Positions 62,801 to 64,000 of a stretch of DNA of 64,000 nucleotides are shown here, in pieces. The stretch comes from Octopus vulgaris (taxonomy: Eukaryota): NCBI GenBank assembly GCA_951406725.2, contig OX597832.1:39928001-39992000 (forward strand), written 5' to 3'. Within the stretch, counting starts at the first letter, position 1. Every line of letters begins with the position of its first letter. The notes beneath the pieces were generated by a model that was not told where the DNA came from, ran no database searches, and worked only from the letters and a program-made list of their open reading frames with translations. Made by a program: the position numbers and the translations under genes.

Positions 62801-63089
62801 TAACTGCATAACATTGCATTGCTTTCAACCTGTTGATGAGACACAGGCCAATGTCAGCACAGTTTGATTCCAGTGTAGTTATATGGTTAAATAGTTCAGA
62901 CATCTGTTTGAGGATAAACGACTAAAGATAAATCAATTAAAAAGACAGAATTTGTTACTTACTTTTACAAACATCAACCAGAGCGGCCAGTGCCTTGAGA
63001 CGAATCAATGGGTCAGTTGTCCACACAACCATACGACATAAAGAAAGATGACCATATTCTCCTACAATGCCTTGTTTTTCCTGATGCAG
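47526..63089 (-). CDS. TUBGCP3: Gamma-tubulin complex component 3 (GCP3/Spc98), 3' part: 15 coding exons, 5' end outside window
   Basis: Exons join in frame with GT-AG introns. Diagnostic motifs are [102 protein letters not shown] and RLDFNEHY, all recognised from vertebrate GCP3. Confidence 0.96.
47850..48095. repeat. ~30-bp degenerate minisatellite in the last TUBGCP3 intron
   Basis: Units like acacagtgtaccaaacactatataatatat. Confidence 0.85.
48875..48991 (-). CDS. TUBGCP3: TUBGCP3 exon
   Basis: [39 protein letters not shown], 117 nt. Confidence 0.92.
49505..49806 (-). mobile_element. SINE family C variant (head X, tail Q)
   Basis: Homologous to 41772-42040. Confidence 0.82.
49865..50005 (-). 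CDS. TUBGCP3: TUBGCP3 exon
   Basis: [17 protein letters not shown]...RKRKTNK, 141 nt. Confidence 0.93.
50114..50550. mobile_element. piggyBac-like MITE interrupted by a family G element (50283-50508)
   Basis: Reverse-complement body of 743-969 on both sides of the insertion. Confidence 0.7.
50785..50916 (-). CDS. TUBGCP3: TUBGCP3 exon
   Basis: [44 protein letters not shown], 132 nt. Confidence 0.95.
51145..51499 (+). mobile_element. CR1-group LINE 3' end
   Basis: [36 protein letters not shown] plus (TTA)n tail. Confidence 0.82.
51538..51626 (-). CDS. TUBGCP3: TUBGCP3 exon
   Basis: [30 protein letters not shown], 89 nt. Confidence 0.94.
51877..52508. mobile_element. hAT-like MITE carrying a SINE A insertion (52066-52438)
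   Basis: cagtgaatctcaac ... gttgagaatcacag ends; a related start lies at 63868. Confidence 0.65.
52922..53057 (-). CDS. TUBGCP3: TUBGCP3 exon
   Basis: [45 protein letters not shown], 136 nt. Confidence 0.95.
53295..53594 (+). mobile_element. Penelope-like pseudo-LTR fragment with inverted duplication
   Basis: 95-bp inverted arms (53345-53439 / 53500-53594) around a hammerhead-like motif. Confidence 0.65.
53458..53508 (+). ncRNA. Putative minimal type I hammerhead ribozyme variant (G3-C8)
   Basis: Stem I TTTGTCA/TGACAAA, core GTGAACA plus extra G, stem II GTCGC/GCGAC, GAAA, palindromic ATAT, then U16.1-U17. Confidence 0.55.
53665..53733 (-). CDS. TUBGCP3: TUBGCP3 exon
   Basis: [23 protein letters not shown], 69 nt. 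Confidence 0.95.
54635..54862 (-). mobile_element. SINE family B, full length
   Basis: Reverse complement of 1597-1830; imperfect TSD tccrtaatatat. Confidence 0.88.
54915..55050 (-). CDS. TUBGCP3: TUBGCP3 exon
   Basis: [45 protein letters not shown], 136 nt. Confidence 0.95.
56758..56822 (-). CDS. TUBGCP3: TUBGCP3 exon
   Basis: [22 protein letters not shown], 65 nt. Confidence 0.95.
57404..57531 (-). CDS. TUBGCP3: TUBGCP3 exon
   Basis: [43 protein letters not shown], 128 nt. Confidence 0.93.
57673..57775 (-). CDS. TUBGCP3: TUBGCP3 exon
   Basis: [34 protein letters not shown], 103 nt. Confidence 0.92.
58002..58109 (-). CDS. TUBGCP3: TUBGCP3 exon
   Basis: [36 protein letters not shown], 108 nt. 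Confidence 0.93.
58539..58740 (-). mobile_element. Family G element fused to the tRNA-Glu pseudogene
   Basis: Near-consensus body ending in (GAT)n; truncated at ccaggggagg. Confidence 0.85.
58753..58823 (-). pseudogene. tRNA-Glu(TTC) pseudogene, 5' end damaged
   Basis: Minus strand GGTCTAGTGGTTAGGATT-CCTGG CT TTC AC CCAGG-CAGC-CCGGG TTCGATT CCCGG-CATGGGAA. Anticodon and T arms are perfect, but T8 is absent and the 5' acceptor strand is mismatched. Confidence 0.85.
59512..60207. mobile_element. piggyBac-like MITE interrupted by SINE A (59692-60098)
   Basis: ttaaccctt ... aaggggtta ends; SINE flanked by a 62-bp duplication. Confidence 0.78.
60301..60375 (-). CDS. TUBGCP3: TUBGCP3 exon
   Basis: [25 protein letters not shown], 75 nt. 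Confidence 0.93.
61691..61785 (-). CDS. TUBGCP3: TUBGCP3 exon
   Basis: [31 protein letters not shown], 95 nt. Confidence 0.93.
62140..62515 (-). mobile_element. MULE/Mutator-like transposase relic
   Basis: Fragments [38 protein letters not shown] and HPSLWRVIE, frameshifted. Confidence 0.72.
62963..63089 (-). CDS. TUBGCP3: TUBGCP3 exon
   Basis: [42 protein letters not shown], 127 nt, ccag/gtaagt. Confidence 0.93.
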
Positions 63090-63329
63090 CTGGAATAAAA
63101 AAACTTTCTTGGTAAAATATCATGTCAAACCCTTGGGCAACATTGCCTCTACCCAGCAGGCAACGTCGCCCCCACCCAGCAGGGTCAATAAAGTACCAGT
63201 GAAACATTGGGGGTTGATGTAATTGACTAGTCCCCTCCCTAAAAATGCAGGCCTTGTACCTTTAGAGAAAGGATTATCATCATCATTACTGAAAACATCA
63301 CACACTATCCAATATTGTGATGTTATAGA

Positions 63330-63533
63330 CGGATGATTTTGTGTGTTCCAGGGATTTGTGTTGTCTGGCCAAGTGACAACAAGGATCTCAGATGGACTAG
63401 TTTGGGATGTATTGCATGCAGTTCCAAGTAAAGCTGATTTTTGCAATACACCAAGATTGTGGGGTATTTCTAAAGTGTCCAGATGTTTCTTCAGTTTGAG
63501 AGGTATTGAACCCAATGCTCCAATGACAACCAG
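63330..63533 (-). mobile_element. R4/Dong-clade LINE 3' end
   Basis: VVIGALGSIPLKLKKHLDTLEIPHNLGVLQKSALLGTA, typical of the restriction-like endonuclease C-terminus. Confidence 0.78.
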
Positions 63534-64000
63534 ATACATATATATACACACACACACACACTTACATACATAGACAAATATATGCACACACACACACACA
63601 CACACACACAATGATGGGTTTCTTCCAGTTTCTGTTTATAAAATCCACTCACAAGGCTTTGGCTGGACAGGGCTATAGAAGACACTCGCCTAAGGTTCCA
63701 TGCAGTAGGACTGAACCCAGAACCATGTGGTTGGGAAGCAAGCTTTTTAGCCACGCCCACAAATCCATACAAAGGCATGAACTGATGACACAAACAACAA
63801 GGTTCATCCAGTACATGCGAGCATGGAAACAGAGGCAACATAATGGCCAACACGAAATGTGCTAGACCAGGGCTTCTCAACCATTTTTTACCTGTGGACT
63901 CCTTTGATTCTATTTTACTCAGAGAGGCCCTCATAGCCAATCAATGTTTATATTTTCATAACTGAATATTATCAGGAACTTTATAAAAATAATTATTAAA

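Overview
Eukaryotic, AT-rich, repeat-dense animal DNA. The SINE/MITE families look like those of Octopus, so a coleoid cephalopod origin is inferred. There are two convergent housekeeping genes, both assembled by hand from GT-AG exons with consistent phases. CAB39/MO25 (+) has a complete CDS of 7 exons, 23180-33631, 339 aa, with a probable CpG-rich promoter and non-coding first exon near 12.4 kb. TUBGCP3/GCP3 (-) contributes its last 15 coding exons, 63089-47526, and its 5' part lies beyond the window. The rest is mobile DNA: several tRNA-headed SINE families, a (GAT)n-tailed RTE-related element, RTE/CR1/R4-Dong LINE 3' ends, piggyBac-like and hAT-like MITEs, a Helitron-like element, mariner and MULE transposase relics, and an internally deleted Gypsy-like LTR element. 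The most notable observations are: (1) a Penelope-like inverted repeat in a TUBGCP3 intron containing a minimal hammerhead-ribozyme fold with a swapped G3-C8 core pair; (2) a pre-tRNA-Glu/SINE chimeric retro-insertion; (3) modular head/tail swapping among SINEs, a head-to-tail SINE array and a 62-bp target duplication. Almost all ORFs in the supplied track are spurious. Comparisons to human proteins and repeat families are from memory, and no searches were run.
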